From Chiloscyllium plagiosum (Eukaryota): a stretch of 64,000 nt of DNA. The notes below the pieces were generated by a model. That model ran no database searches, was not told where the DNA came from, and saw nothing but the letters and a program-made list of their open reading frames with translations. Numbering within the stretch: position 1 is the stretch's first letter; each line of letters begins with the position of its first letter. The position numbers and the translations under genes are program-made. The DNA lies in the NCBI RefSeq assembly GCF_004010195.1, contig NC_057720.1, forward strand, positions 24,117,236-24,181,235, written 5' to 3'. Shown one piece after another: positions 37,560 through 50,604 of the stretch.

Positions 37560-40025
37560 TTATGGAAAAAGTTAAGGCAGGTAGGACTCAACAGAGGGAA
37601 TTCTAGAACAAGTAACCAGGCAGACAGTTTGGAAAGGGTCAGGAAATAGTAAATAAGAGAAGTGGGTGGGACTAAGAGCATTGTACTGAAATGTGCACAA
37701 TATATGAAATAAATTAAATAAGCTTGTGGCACAAACTGAAATTGGCAGGTATGATGTTGTGAACATCACAGAGACGTGGCTACAAGGAGATCAGGGTTGG
37801 CAACTAAATCTACAAGGATACATATTGTATTGAAAGGACAGGCAAATGGGCAGTGGGAGCAGGTTGCCTTATTAGTAAGGTGAGAGAGGAAAGATTTAAA
37901 AAGGGCCTGAGAGGTAACTTTTTCACGCAGGGAGTGGTGCGTGTATGGAACGAGCTGCCCGAGGAAGTGGTGGAGGCTGGTGCAATTACAACATTTAAAA
38001 GGCATCTGGCTGGGTGCATGAGTAGGAAGGGTTTAGAAGGATATGGGCCAAATGCTGGCAAATGGGAACTAGGTCAAATTGGGATGTCTGGTCAGCGTGG
38101 ATGAGTTGCACTGAAGGGTCTGTTTCTGTGCTGTATAATTTTCTGACTCTCTGACTCAGTGATGTAGAATAGGAGCCACAGAATCTGTGTGAGGTAGAGT
38201 TGAGGAACCGCAAAGGAAAAAAAGACCCTGATGGGATTTATGTACAGGCCTCCAAGCTGTAGGATGTGGGGATGAAAATTAATCAGGAGATAGAAAAGGC
38301 ATATAAGAAAGGCACTATTACAATATCATGGGGGACTTCAATATGTAGGTGGAGTGGGAAAATCAGGTTGGTAGCAGATCTCAAGAAAGGGAATTTGTGG
38401 AATGTCTACGAGATGTCATTTTTGGAGCAGCTTGTGGTGGAGCCCATTAGGGAACAGACAATTTTGGATTTTGAGATGTGTAATGAGGCAGACTTGATTA
38501 GGAAGCTTAAGGTGAAGGAACCCGTTGGGGGCAGTGACCATAATATGATAGAATTCACCCTGCAGTTTGAGAGGAATCACTGGTGTTAGGGAGAGTCCCA
38601 GGGGATTAGAAAATGCTGAATGTAATGCTATTTTTAAGTAGGGAGACTATTGGTTGTTAGCCTGATCTTGGTTGCTTGTAAGATTTTGGAGTCATTATTA
38701 AGGATGAGTTTACAGGGCTCTTGGGGAAATGGGGCTGGGTCAGCACAGCTTCATCAAGGGAAGGTCATACCCGACAAATCTATTATAATTCTTTGAGGAG
38801 TCAACAAGCAATTTAGATAAACCAGAGGCAGTGAACTTGATCTATTTGGATTTCCAGAAAGGCTTTATAAGGTGCCGCACAGAAGGCTACAATTAAGACC
38901 AGAGGCCATTGTGTTAGATGCAAGGTACTGGCATGGATGCAGGATTAGCTGGCTAGCAGAACTCCAAGAGTAAGTAAAAAGAGGTCTTTTTAGTATAGCA
39001 GCTGGTTACTAGAAGAATTCTACAGGGTCCATGTTGAGACCAAAGCTATTCACATTATACATTAATGACCTAGACAAAGGAACCGAGCGTATTGTTACTA
39101 AGTTTGCAAATGACACAAAGATAGGGGGAGGGACAAGTAGTGTGTTGAAGATGGGGAGGCAGCTGCAGAAGGACTTGGACAGGCTAGGAGAGGGGCAAAG
39201 AAGTGGCAGATAGAATACAATGTGGGAAAGTGTAAGGTTATGCATTTTATTCGGAAGAATAGAGGCATAGACTATTTTCTAAATGGAAAAAAAGTTTCAG
39301 ACTTCTGAAAGGAACTTGGGAGTCCTTGTCCAGGATTCTCTTAAGGTCGACATGTAGGTTCAGTTGGCAGTTAGGAAGGCAAATGCAATGTTTGCATTAA
39401 TTTCAAGAGGGTTAGAATACAAAAACAGAAATGTACTGCTCATGCTGTATAATGCTCTGGTCAGACCCCATGTGGAATATTGTGAGCAGCTTTGGGCCCC
39501 ATATCTAAGGAAGGATGTTTTGCCATTGAATGGTGTTATGAGGAGGGTTAAGAATGATCCCAGGATGAAGAGCTTGTCATATGAGGCATGGATGAGGACT
39601 CTGGGTCCGTACTTGATGGAATTTAGAAGGATAACAGGGGTTATCTGATTTAAACTTACAGAATACTAAGGGACCTGGATAGAGTGGTCATGGAGAAGAT
39701 GTTTCAACTGGTAGGAGAGATGAGGACCTGAGGGCACAACCTCAGCGTGAAGGAACAACCCTTTGGAACGAAGATGAGGAGGTATTTGTTTAGCCAGAGG
39801 ATGGCAAATCTGTGGAACTCATTGCCATAGAGGGCTGTGGAGGCCAAGTCATTGAGGGCATTTAGGACAGAGCCAGATAGATTTTTGAAGTGGGAAGGAG
39901 TTCAAGAGTTACAGGGAGAAGGTAAGAAAATGGGATTGAGAAACATATCAGCCATGATCGAATGGCAGAACAGACCCAATGGGCCAAATGGCCTAATGCT
40001 GCTCCAATATCTTGTGGTTTTATGA
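37560..40025 (+). mobile_element. Old CR1 LINE (EN-RT-tail) containing a younger CR1 3' fragment (37880-38155)
   Basis: EN remnants (ITETWL, GGSDHNMIEF), RT remnants (LYINDLD..KFANDTKIG; LYNALVRPHVEYC). Confidence 0.88.
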
Positions 40026-40290
40026 TCACAGTGATTTTAGGAACATAGTGATAACAGCAGCAAACGTTTGGATGAATCCTGAGGTCTGTCATGGCCAGCT
40101 GACTTCACCAGACCTGTCTATGCATGTAGCATGGTTACTTATCAGCCATTGGGCATTTTTGCTTTGAAACACTTCGAAAGCCATTTAGTCCCAGCTATAC
40201 ATAATACCCGACTAATGTCATAATCATTTCTCATCACTACATACAGGACCGAGGTGTTTAATTTACCCTGGTAAATAGTATCAAACTCAC

Positions 40291-40438
40291 CATTGTCAGC
40301 TCTCCCTTCTGCTAGGAAAACATAATATTTTCTGTCCAGGTCAAAGCGTTCACTGTATTCAGGGAGCCGAATGTTTCTTCTGAATGAACACTGTGTCACC
40401 CCATCTTCTAAACTCCAGGACATATCATGAATGGGAAC
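40291..40438 (-). CDS. FRRS1: FRRS1 coding exon 7 (DOMON)
   Basis: ttgcag|VPIHDMSWSLEDGVTQCSFRRNIRLPEYSERFDLDRKYYVFLAEGRADN-G|gtgagt; 148 nt. Confidence 0.96.
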
Positions 40439-40502
40439 CTGCAATAATTTATTTACTTTCACAATTTCAAATCTGTCACCATTACTTAGCACAATAGGAA
40501 AG

Positions 40503-40719
40503 TAGAGAGTGTGGTGTTCGAAAAGCACAGCAGGTCAGGCAGCATCGGAGGGGCAGGAAAATCGACGTTTCAGGTAAAAGCCCATCATCATTCCTGATGA
40601 AGGGCTTTTGCCCAAAACGTCGATTTTCCTGCTCCTTGGATGCTGCCTGATCTGCTGTGCTTCTCCAGCACCACATTCTCAAATCTAATCTCCAGCATTT
40701 GCAGTCCTCACTTTTGCCT
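40503..40719. mobile_element. Fold-back Penelope terminal insertion
   Basis: Inverted arms centred near 40590; TSD acaata(g/a)gaaag at 40491-40502 and 40720-40731. Confidence 0.88.
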
Positions 40720-40995
40720 ACAATAAGAAAGATACCCATACAATCACATGAAAATTTAGAGAGAAAAGGCTGTGTTTGCTCCTTTCCTTCCCATAAGGTT
40801 CACTCAATGGAGAATGCCGGTTTAGTCATTTTATATCTTTCCATCTTTCATCTACTCTCAAATGCCAGTCTGAGGGACACTGACTTCAATGGAAATGGAA
40901 ACCAGGCTGAATGTAAAACAGACTGCTGCCCAAAGATGAATTACATCTTGCCTCAAATCTTTCTATGAAATATTTTCATAACCTTTTGTCTCTCC

Positions 40996-41029
40996 TTCCT
41001 GAAGAAGGGCATGTGCCCGAAACGTCGAA
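40996..41029 (+). ncRNA. Minimal type I hammerhead ribozyme motif (PLE-type)
   Basis: ttc-CTGAAGA-a-gggc(atgt)gccc-GAAAC-GTC-gaa: complete catalytic core, stem II, palindromic ACGT stem III, 3-bp stem I. Confidence 0.7.
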
Positions 41030-41123
41030 TCTTCTGTTCCCTAGATGCTGCCTGACCTGCTGTGCTGTTCCAGCAATAAAGTTTCAGCTTTGATCTCCAG
41101 CGTCTGCAGACCTCACTTTCTCC
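40999..41123 (+). mobile_element. Penelope terminal fragment starting at the hammerhead core
   Basis: 10-bp TSD tctctccttc at 40989-40998 and 41124-41133. Confidence 0.88.
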
Positions 41124-41989
41124 TCTCTCCTTCACAATCAGTTATGCTCCTTTTAAAGATGCCAATTGATCCTAAACCAACGAATCTACAAGCATTGGAA
41201 ATAACAGTTTCCCAACCCAAGCCTTTCTGGACTCTTATAAATATAACATAATCCTTTAGTGCTCAAGTTAAGTAACTAGTTGATGTAAATGTAATCCATG
41301 CCTTCATTATTTTGGTGAACTCACTAAGTAATGTCTTATTTCTGTTTACCTGTCAGATATTAATAATTAAATGAACAGTCCCCAGTTTTGATTGGTAAAA
41401 AAAAAAACAGAATATGTCTATAGAATTATAGGAAGCTTAAGCACTCGAATGGACCTGGTTAGCCTGGCTCATTTCGGCATCAAAACAGAAAATATAATAC
41501 AATCTACGTTCATATCCACCCCCCGCTTTTCACCTCAAATTCTGTAAACTTGGATACATTTTCATTTCTGAGCTTTCTTTCCTCCCAATTTTCTTGGTAC
41601 CACCTAACAGATTGGTGGGAGAAAGTTCTTTTTATCACCAGGCTGACATACAGAGAACAGGCCACCCAAGTAAAGGACCCTTCCAGGATACCAGTGACCA
41701 AAGCCATTTTTAGGCTGCTATTATCCTATGTCTACTAAACATCACAATTAAAAGCAGCAACCCATCTCCTCCTAGTATTGAGCTCAGGGTGGCCAATGTA
41801 TTTTATAGGATCTTCATGTAATCTTCCTTGTTGCCATATGTCCTGTTCACTGGTTGCCTGAAATGTCATTTGTCCTGTATTGTTCCAGACAGGAACTGAA
41901 GAAATTGCTGGCAACTCCTCTTGCAGCTACCTCAGTATTTTTGGTGTCTGCATTAACACTGTGATGCTGTATGTATATGGCCCATTGAG

Positions 41990-44020
41990 CTCAATCAACC
42001 ATGAATCTGAAGACAGAAATGCCAGAGTGGAGGAAAGGTGGTGAATTAAAAAGACAGGAGACTGGAAAAAAATGTCACACTCATGAACTGAGGGGAAATG
42101 TTCTGCAATTACCAGTGCTCGATTTCTCCAGAGGCTATCATATCTCGAACAGCAAACAGAGTTTACGAAATGGAAAGAAGAATAAGTAAATCGCGTTTTC
42201 ATCTGCAAGGAGTGTTGGAGCCTTGGATGATACAAAAGGAAGAAGGTGTTGCAACTCTTGTGTTTGCATGGAAAGGTGCCATAGGAAGGGCAGTGGAATG
42301 TTGGAGCAAACTGAAGAGTGAACGAAAGTACCGTGAAGGGAATGTTCTCATAGACATGCTGAAAGGAGAGGGAAGAGGCATCATGTTGCAGGCGGCAGAA
42401 CTGGCAGAGGAAGATCTGCTGAAGACAGGTGCTAGCATAATGCACGGTTGGGAAAAACAGAACCCTATTATTATTCTGGAAGCAGAGGGAGAGAGAGTGA
42501 AATGGACCAGACTTTTTGAGGGTCCTGAAAAGTATAGAGGGTTGGGTGGGGGAGTATCCTCAGTTGAAATAAAAGGAATATATATCAGAAGCATCTATTT
42601 GGAAGATCATCTTTTTGGAACAGAAGCAATGGAGATAGAGTTATTGTGAGAATCCTTACCTACACTTTCTGATCTAAAATATCTTGGTACTGAATCCAAT
42701 TGAAAGAAGTCTCTGTTCATCTCCAAAACATGAACAGAAACCTTCCACAACAGTTGTATTCAAACAGCTAAACAGATTAATTATAAATGTATTGAGAAAA
42801 CATAGCATTTTTGTACCTACCTGTGTGTTCAATATTGGATGTGAACGGCCAGTGGAATGAGCTGGATTTATCTGTATGCTTTGATCATTTATAATACACA
42901 AATACATGTCATCATTACCCTGGTAACAGAAGATTACTAAGTAAATATAAATCACACCTGCAAATAACCAAGTCCCACTATATCAATGTTCCGTCTGATT
43001 TATGCATACTGATTTGATAACATTGTTTACTTTTCATTAACAGTATGATATAAGGTTCTACCGCCAACAAATATATTACAGATAAAAACAAAATCTTGAG
43101 GAGATTTCCTCAAAAAAAAGAGGAACTCAGTAGGACTGGCTGCATCAATAGAGAACAACCGAATTAACATTTTGAGTCCAACATGATCTTTCTTTAGGAA
43201 TGGAAGGAGCTAGTAAATATTGTTTCATGCTGTTGACAAAAAGGAAGGAGGAATGAGTGGAAAAGCTGGTGAAGGCGCCTAGTGAAAAAGACAAAGGGAG
43301 TAGTAATGGTAGTAAAGGAGAGATGTAAATTGTTGCAAATCCGTGCAAAGGTGAAAGTAGGTCCAATTTCCTAAAGGTAAAACTGACATGACACAAACAA
43401 GACATGGCCACACAAACAAGACATTGCCAGGGTCAGGAACTTTTGATCAAAATGGAGGTTCGAGGTCATGCTCTGAATTTGTTGAACTCAGTGTTGTGTT
43501 CTCAAGATGTACCTAAATGTAAAATGAGAAGTTATTTTTCCAGCATTCAATGGGTTTCATTGAAACCTGTAGCAGACCCAGGATGGAACTCCTAGCATGG
43601 GAACAAGTTGGTTTCTTCAAATAGCAAGCAACTGGAAGGTTGGGGTCATTCCTACAGACAGAGTGGAGGTGTTTCACAAAACGATCACATATCTGTACTT
43701 TTGTTTTACCAATATAAAGGAGGTCACAATGTGAGCAGTGAAAACAGTGAACTGGATTGAAAGAAATACAAATAAAACACTGAAAGGCATCTTTGAATCC
43801 TTGGATAGTGAGGGTGGAGGAGGTGAAAGGGCAAGTGTTACTTTTTCGTGATTTCTTTGGGAAGGTGTCATGAGGAGTTGAGGAAGTATTAGAAGTGAGG
43901 GAGAATTGCACCAGAGTGTCATGGAGGAATCAGTCCCTGTGGAATACTGATAGTGGAGGTAGGGGAAGTTATGTTTGGCAATAGTGATGTTGTGCTGGAA
44001 GTAATGATTGTATAATTGAA
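41990..44020 (-). mobile_element. Two old Penelope (GIY-YIG) remnants flanking FRRS1 exon 6 (about 41990-42650 and 43080-44020)
   Basis: NTCPFTSS..IQG..CSHCDLLYIGKTKVQICDRFVKHLHSV (GIY-YIG); GTFPCKHKSCNT. Confidence 0.75.
42821..42919 (-). CDS. FRRS1: FRRS1 coding exon 6 (DOMON)
   Basis: taccag|GNDDMYLCIINDQSIQINPAHSTGRSHPILNTQ|gtaggt; 99 nt. Confidence 0.96.
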
Positions 44021-44947
44021 AATCACATGGTGTGTGGCCCTGAGGGATGTTGAAAATGCTGGTGCTTCTTGGCATCTCTGCCCTTATCATTCATAGCTGG
44101 CACAATTAGGGATTTGAAAAATGCTGCAATGTATCTTGCAGATGGTACACACTGCTGCCACAATGCATCAGTGGTGGAGTGAGTGAATATTGAAGATGAT
44201 GGACAAGTTGTCAAACAGATATGTTGGTTTATTGGGGATGGTATCAAACCTCTTGAATGTCAGATCTACACCCATCCAGTCAAGTGGACAGTGCCTTGTG
44301 GATGTTGGACAGATTTTAGGAGTCAGAAAGTGGGGTGATCATCACAGAATTCCAAGCTTTTAGCCTAATCTTGGTGGGAATGACCTATTGCACCATTACA
44401 AACATGCCCTGGCCATGCAACCTCTGATCAGTCCTAACGTAGGACAGCCAGTATGCAATTCATCTTCCATCAGCCAGAGGTCAAGTCAAAGACAAGTCAA
44501 AAGGTAAATTTTGGAGGGATACCAGAAGCGCTGGAATACTCCAAATGTTTTTCAGGAATCCAGAAAATCTCATCACTGTTGCTTTGCCCAGTTCTTGGGA
44601 ACAGTGTGGCAACTGCTTGTGTTTCTTTATTTGGAAGCCAGAGGAGCCTGACAGTTCTTTCCAAAGACACAAAATGAAATATAATTTCCCTGTGGACTCC
44701 CCATTAGCAGCAGACCAGCCCATATGAGACAGTGTGTATTCAGTGCACACTTTACCCATTATGATCCTAAAATTGAAAGTCAATCCCACGTAAGCCCTAG
44801 GACTTTGCTTTACATGTTAAATGGTTCTACTCTGAGGCTTAGGTGTACACTTTGGCTACCTAGCAGAAGGTCGAAGGGAAAATAGAAACAGCCCTGCTAT
44901 CAATAAGAATCAGGCAATAATGATTTCACCATTTGCACATTGGAGGG

Positions 44948-45300
44948 GAGGTGATGGCCGAGTGGCATTATTGCTAGACTATCAATCTAGAGACCCCAGG
45001 TAATGTTCTGGGGACCCCAGATTCAAACCCTGCCAAGGCAGATGCTGGAATTTGCATTCAATAAAAATTCTGTAATTAAGAGTCTGATGATGACTGTGAA
45101 ATCATTGTTGATTAGGGAAAAGACCCAATCTGGTTCATTCATGTCCTTTTGGGAAGGAAAATGCCATCCCTTCCTAGTCTGGCCTACACCTGACTCAAGA
45201 CCCACTGCAATGTGGTTGACGCTTAACCACCCTCTGGGCAATTAGAGATGGGCAATAAATACTGGCTGAGCCAGTGATGCCTTCATCCCGTGAATGAATG
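44948..45300 (+). mobile_element. tRNA-headed SINE sharing both ends with family B LINE
   Basis: A box tggccgagtgg, B-box-like gattcaaacc; body matches 5505-5765 (minus); tail ggcaattagagatgggcaataaatactggc..(tgaa)n matches family B 3' end. Confidence 0.82.
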
Positions 45301-45985
45301 ACTTTTAAAAAAAATTCCAATTGCCAGAAGATCTCAAAATCACCACCTTGATTTCTATTATGAGATATCTTTCTAATTGAATATGTGACAATAAGTAAAA
45401 TATCCCACAAGTTAATAAATCTTTGGCCTCATTCATGTCCTTATCCATCTGCTAATAAATTATTTATTTCAATAAGCATTTAAACTTTTTTTAAATTGGA
45501 TTTCTTATACCCATCACTTGAATGCAGATGGTTCTTAGAATTTCCTTTTGGATATATTCCAAGGCCTAATGATTAAATTTCACAGCAATACCAGATTTGC
45601 AGTATAATCCTGAAACTGGGACTCAAACTGACTGCAGCGAAAGTTGCTGTGAGATCCCTTGAAAAGGCAGCATTACATGACAGCTTTAAACCTGGTTTTC
45701 AAACTGCCCCTGAACCTCCTACACATTTACTAAACTAAACAGACATTGTCTTCAATAAACATTCTCACCCACATTCTCAAGACACTGAAATCTCAAGAGC
45801 TACAGATACCAGTTAGCACTAGTGCTGACAACTCTCGACTTGACAGAAGGTTTCCAACTAGGGGGAAGATTAGGAAAAAGATATCAAATGGTTGAACTGT
45901 TGTTCTGAAATAACATAACCACTTTAAGTATTGTCAACTGACTTCATTCTATACAAGGAGATTTTTAATCTGCTCCGATACTGAC

Positions 45986-46168
45986 CATCCAGTTGTCATC
46001 TGACAGAGCAAAAGAAATGTATCCATTTGAAGGTCCACTCAACTCAAACAGCACTGAAGTGTTTTGCATTGCAAATGAGAGGAAAAAGCACAATCGATCC
46101 ATCTCAGGGTCACATCCAGGGGGATTCCGCAAACAGAATTTTTTACTGCCACATTCTGTCACGTTGAA
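45986..46168 (-). CDS. FRRS1: FRRS1 coding exon 5 (DOMON)
   Basis: ttccag|FNVTECGSKKFCLRNPPGCDPEMDRLCFFLSF...ELSGPSNGYISFALSDDNWM|gtcagt; 183 nt. Confidence 0.96.
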
Positions 46169-47425
46169 CTGGAAATAGAAGATGAAAAAATGGATCATTG
46201 GTGAATTGAAGTGTGACATTTCCTCATTGATTTAAGAGGCTGAAGCTTAGCATTGTGGAAAGAATTTTAAAGCAATTCCATACATACACCAGGTTTAGTG
46301 AAGTGATAATATCATAAAGGTGGCCTGGAACTTGAAATGTAAATAGTTTAAAACATCTGTTCGTTCAGATATCCAATAAAATTCAGGAGGAGACTAGGAG
46401 AATGCCAGGGAAATGCTCTCTCAAAAGGTTTTATTTGAAATTGTTTTAGTAAGCGTCTCACCCTTTCTCATAATTTATTTGGTTCTGATTTGGTACTACC
46501 TGATGTCATGCAAGAATTTATGTTGGAATGGTATTATGCTACTCAAGTACCATACTTCAACATAAGAAGTCTCAAAACCAGTGAAACCCAGTTTCCACAT
46601 TGATCTGAATGTTTACAAGTCACATACTGTCACCTACCATCACAGCATCCAATAAAAAACAAACCACTTTTAAATGAAAAGAGGGGCACAAAATAAAACT
46701 GCAGGCAACTTTGACCTGGCACGCTTCTCAGGAATTGAACAAAATCAGATGCCATAATGGAAATATGTGACGCTTGATTTTACTTTCCATTGAAGAGATC
46801 ATGGAGCCATTTAATATTGATATTGTATTAACCACAGAGAGATAATATTAGGAGCGCATAAAATAACGCTCCAAATAAACTTCAGGGTTTTCCACAAGGT
46901 AAGCAAAGTTCACCTCTAACCACCCACCCCACCTTTACCCGTTCAAGTGTCTCAGGCAGAAATTGTGGTCTAAAACTGTTGACCTGAGATTATATTTGAT
47001 GGCAATTCCATCTTGAGCTTTCCTATAAAACAAGTATTTTTTATTTGAAATTAGGCATCTAAAACTAGGTTTCAATAAGTATATGTATTAATCTTCTGTG
47101 CAATGGTGATCTCAGTTCTGTCAGGCTGATTTTTTTCTGAATTTGTGCTGCATTGACAACTCTAGGCTGATGTTAAGAAATACCAAGAAAGGTCTGCACA
47201 ATAACCCATCCAAAGTCTAGAACTCAATGTCAAATATTATTATAATGCAGAAAGGCACAGGAGCAATTTTCATAAAACAAGACTTAATTCCATCACAAAT
47301 TCATAAAATCTGCCACATCTCTATATAAAACATGCATTAAAATTATTTAAAAACATCCTGTTTCATCTCCCCATGCTGTCTTTAAATCAAATATATTATC
47401 TTGCATCTATTTGAAAGGCACTTAC

Positions 47426-47570
47426 TGATTTAGTCAATTTGGAGGTAACTGGTAGATCTGGATGAGCCTCTGTTGTGGCCTGTACTGAGAAAGGGGGGGC
47501 ATTTAGTTGAGAAATCACTGGACCACGTAATTTCACCCAGTAAATGTTGAATTTCTGAACCACCGTCACC
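47426..47570 (-). CDS. FRRS1: FRRS1 coding exon 4 (end of Reeler, linker)
   Basis: tgttag|VTVVQKFNIYWVKLRGPVISQLNAPPFSVQATTEAHPDLPVTSKLTKS|gtaagt; 145 nt. Confidence 0.95.
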
Positions 47571-47802
47571 CTAACATGAAGAAAGATTAGGTTAAATTTA
47601 GTTTTGTTTTAATCATTGTTCAGTCAGAAATCAAGAGGAATACTTAACATTTCGCAGGGACAGGGGTTGGGGGGGCATCAATCTCCCATGCTAATCTTTC
47701 TTGAAGTCTTGCTAAAAGCATATAACGCACTGACCACACCACAGCTAAAATTCTGTGAACAGTTCTAGTCCCCTTACCTAATGATGTACTGGCACTGGAG
47801 GG

Positions 47803-47970
47803 AGGTAAAAACAAGGACTGCAGATGTTGGAAACCAGAGTCTACATTAGAGTGGTGCTGGAAAAGCACAGCAGGTCAAGCAGCATCCGAGGAGCAGGAAA
47901 ATCGACGTTTTGGGCAAAAGCCCTTCATTCTCCTGCTGAAACGTCGATTTTCCTGCTCCTCGGGTGCTGC
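47803..47970. mobile_element. Penelope terminal fragment with partial inversion
   Basis: gcagcatccgaggagcaggaaaatcgacgttt ... aaacgtcgattttcctgctcctcgggtgctgc. Confidence 0.8.
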
Positions 47971-48856
47971 GTCTACCTACAGAACAGGGATTGCAGAAGT
48001 TCAAGAAGGCGGCTGACCACCATCCTTTCTCAAGTGCAACTAGGAATAGACAATAAATGCTGGCCCAGGCAGCAAGGCCTGCATCTCATGAGCAAATATC
48101 CACCAAGTCTGATCACCATCCAAGCTGTCAGCAGATGAAAATCCACTGTAACATAAAATACTGCATTTAAGGTAAGCAGTAAATATGGTTAACCAACTAA
48201 CGTTTTTTTGTTCTTTGTTGCAATATACTAACTCATTAGCCCCTGTACTTGCAATAGAAGAGAACACCATTAAAGGTTATTGAACTTTGTTTGGCTTATA
48301 GACTGAAAATACAATTAATGGTTCCCAAAATATTGAATTTCAGAATCTGTTCTGTTTTTAACATTTTTAGCTCATTTTTACCACTTTCCAACAAAGTTCT
48401 GTTCTGATTCATGAAGAAGGGAAGGCACCAGCTACCAATAGGAAAGTTGATGACACCATCAGTGGTGACATCAGGTCACATGGCATTGGATGTGAATGGT
48501 CATGGGGGGATAGTTCCCTGCTCCTTCCATATTGGTTCAATAAACAGTTCTTGGTACCAAGACCTATTCATATCTATTTCTGAACACACTTACAACAGAA
48601 AGAATGTATACGAGTGTCATTAGTGGTTAAAAATAATATTGGATATAAATAATTCATTGCATAGTAAAATGTGACAATCTGGGAAACACAATAGTCCCTC
48701 ATGTACATTAATTTATGTTGTACTCACACTCATACTAACTTGCACTTTGAACCTTAAACTGGCATTGAATATTCAAAATAGAAAGTTATCTTAAGTTATC
48801 ATAAAAAAAACTTTAATCTAGTGAATGTCATTTGTTGAAAGCACTCCAATGCTTAC

Positions 48857-48951
48857 AGGAACTGGATATGATCTGGTTTTGTTGCAGGTGGGTTCCACAG
48901 CACCACAATTGTGTGTTTTCCTGATGAGCTGGTGTGGCTGACCGCAGAGTC
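48857..48951 (-). CDS. FRRS1: FRRS1 coding exon 3 (Reeler)
   Basis: ctcacag|DSAVSHTSSSGKHTIVVLWNPPATKPDHIQFL|gtaagc; 95 nt. Confidence 0.95.
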
Positions 48952-49391
48952 CTGTGAGAGAGAAGCAAGAGGGCAATGTCCAGTACAAGCTAATTCCATA
49001 CAACAAATACTTTGCTTTTTTACTTACTGCGTACTTTGGCTAATGTTCAAATGATCCATTAAATTACGATGTATGACTGATGCAAATTAATGTTATGTTA
49101 AAAGCTGTGACATAAATCCAGTACTACGTTGATAGAATGCAAATCATTAAAATTATGCAAAAATCATGAAAAGGTTTGGATAATAAAAGCCTTTAGGCCA
49201 ATTTAGCTTATCCAGTTAAGGAAATCTACATTATGTCACAATTATCACCTCTAACTATTTGTTTTTCCCCTGCTCTGAGTATCTCTTTTGTAAATTTAAA
49301 ATTATGACAGTAGCAGCTTATCCGACCAATGGTGTAAATTGATTTCGAAGGATTTCTGTGATTTGTTTGGAATTTACAAGCAGTTACACAC

Positions 49392-49537
49392 CTTTACACC
49401 TCCACACGTCAGGAGCTGCGAGTTTTTGTCAATAAGAGTAAAGGTTCCAACAGGACCGCCATTCAGATCAGCAGCATCTCTTGCTTGTATGAAAAATCCT
49501 TGGAATGAAGTTCCAGACTGTCTCACAGTGAGTGTAA
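49392..49537 (-). CDS. FRRS1: FRRS1 coding exon 2 (Reeler)
   Basis: tttcag|..VTLTVRQSGTSFQGFFIQARDAADLNGGPVGTFTLIDKNSQLLTCGGVK|gtgtgt; 146 nt; Reeler FxGFxxxAR motif. Confidence 0.95.
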
Positions 49538-50148
49538 CTGAAACCAAAGGAAAACATCGTCAGAGTACAGAATAAAATGTTTAACATGTCAGCAGCCTCT
49601 ATCATTGCATTCTGGGGTGGCAGTGGGACATCTCCTCATTAAAAACAGAGGAAAAAAATTACTTGTATAGTTATTCCAGGCCTCCTCATCAAGATGAGGC
49701 AAAAAACAGTCTTACCAAAGACCTGGAAATAGGCCTGTCACACTGAAAGTTACGCCAGCTATTCAAATGGTGTCAAGCAAAGTAAGTGGGAAATACAGTG
49801 GGAAATAATGTTCAGGATTTTCTTAGGGGACATTCCCTCCATCAGGGCTATATGCAAGTCCTAAACCCATGGACAGGGAGCAAGATAATGGCAATCTTCA
49901 TTGAGGTGGCCTCTTAACTGACCACTGCTCAGCCAGTTGTGCAATTCAGGAAATGGTCTGGCAAGTTACTCATATAATAGAAAACTACTAATAACAGGAG
50001 CATTCAAATATCATTGAATATGATACTGAATAATCTGTACTGAGGCACATTTTGTCTTAACACTGATCAAATGAATTTACAATATTGTTACAAAAACAAC
50101 TGCAATATAAAATTTGACAAGACATTTTTGACTTAAAAATATCTGTAC

Positions 50149-50344
50149 CTTTTACTTGATCCTTTGAGCTGAACACATCTTTGTCCACAGTAATAACAGC
50201 AGGGCTCGCTGATTTCTGAGGAAAGCTTCCATGTTTTGGAGTCATCGTGTCACAAGCAACAGTCACCTGACCATTTCCATAGGCTACCAGGGGTTCCAAA
50301 ATGATGCTAAGTACAGTGAGGATACCAGGAATACACAGTCCCAT
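50149..50344 (-). CDS. FRRS1: FRRS1 coding exon 1 (signal peptide, start of Reeler domain)
   Basis: ATG at 50344; MGLCIPGILTVLSIILEPLVA-YGNGQVTVACDTMTPKHG...DQVK; upstream acceptor ttttttgactccacag; donor G|gtacag; 196 nt, phase 1. Confidence 0.93.
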
Positions 50345-50604
50345 TCTACTGTGGAGTCAAAAAAGAACTGGTTTAACGTATGCTGAACTCAGTTAGTTTC
50401 CTAGAGTTTAATTCTAACAACAAGCAAACAATCATCTTTACATGGTTATAGATAATTAGGAAACTCATAGTTAAAGTTAATTTAAACAAAGTTAAAAAAT
50501 AACACTCAACATCTAGGTGTTGGCGTTGGCTCAGTAGCAATATTCTCAGCTCTTCATTTGAAGGTAATAGGATCAATATATTGCTCCAAAAACGTGTTTG
50601 ATAA

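Noticed and set aside
42098..42649. 183-aa plus-strand ORF
   Set aside because: Antisense to a degenerate Penelope GIY-YIG remnant
45080..45105. CTGATGA...GAAA inside the SINE
   Set aside because: No convincing stem II or stem I; likely chance
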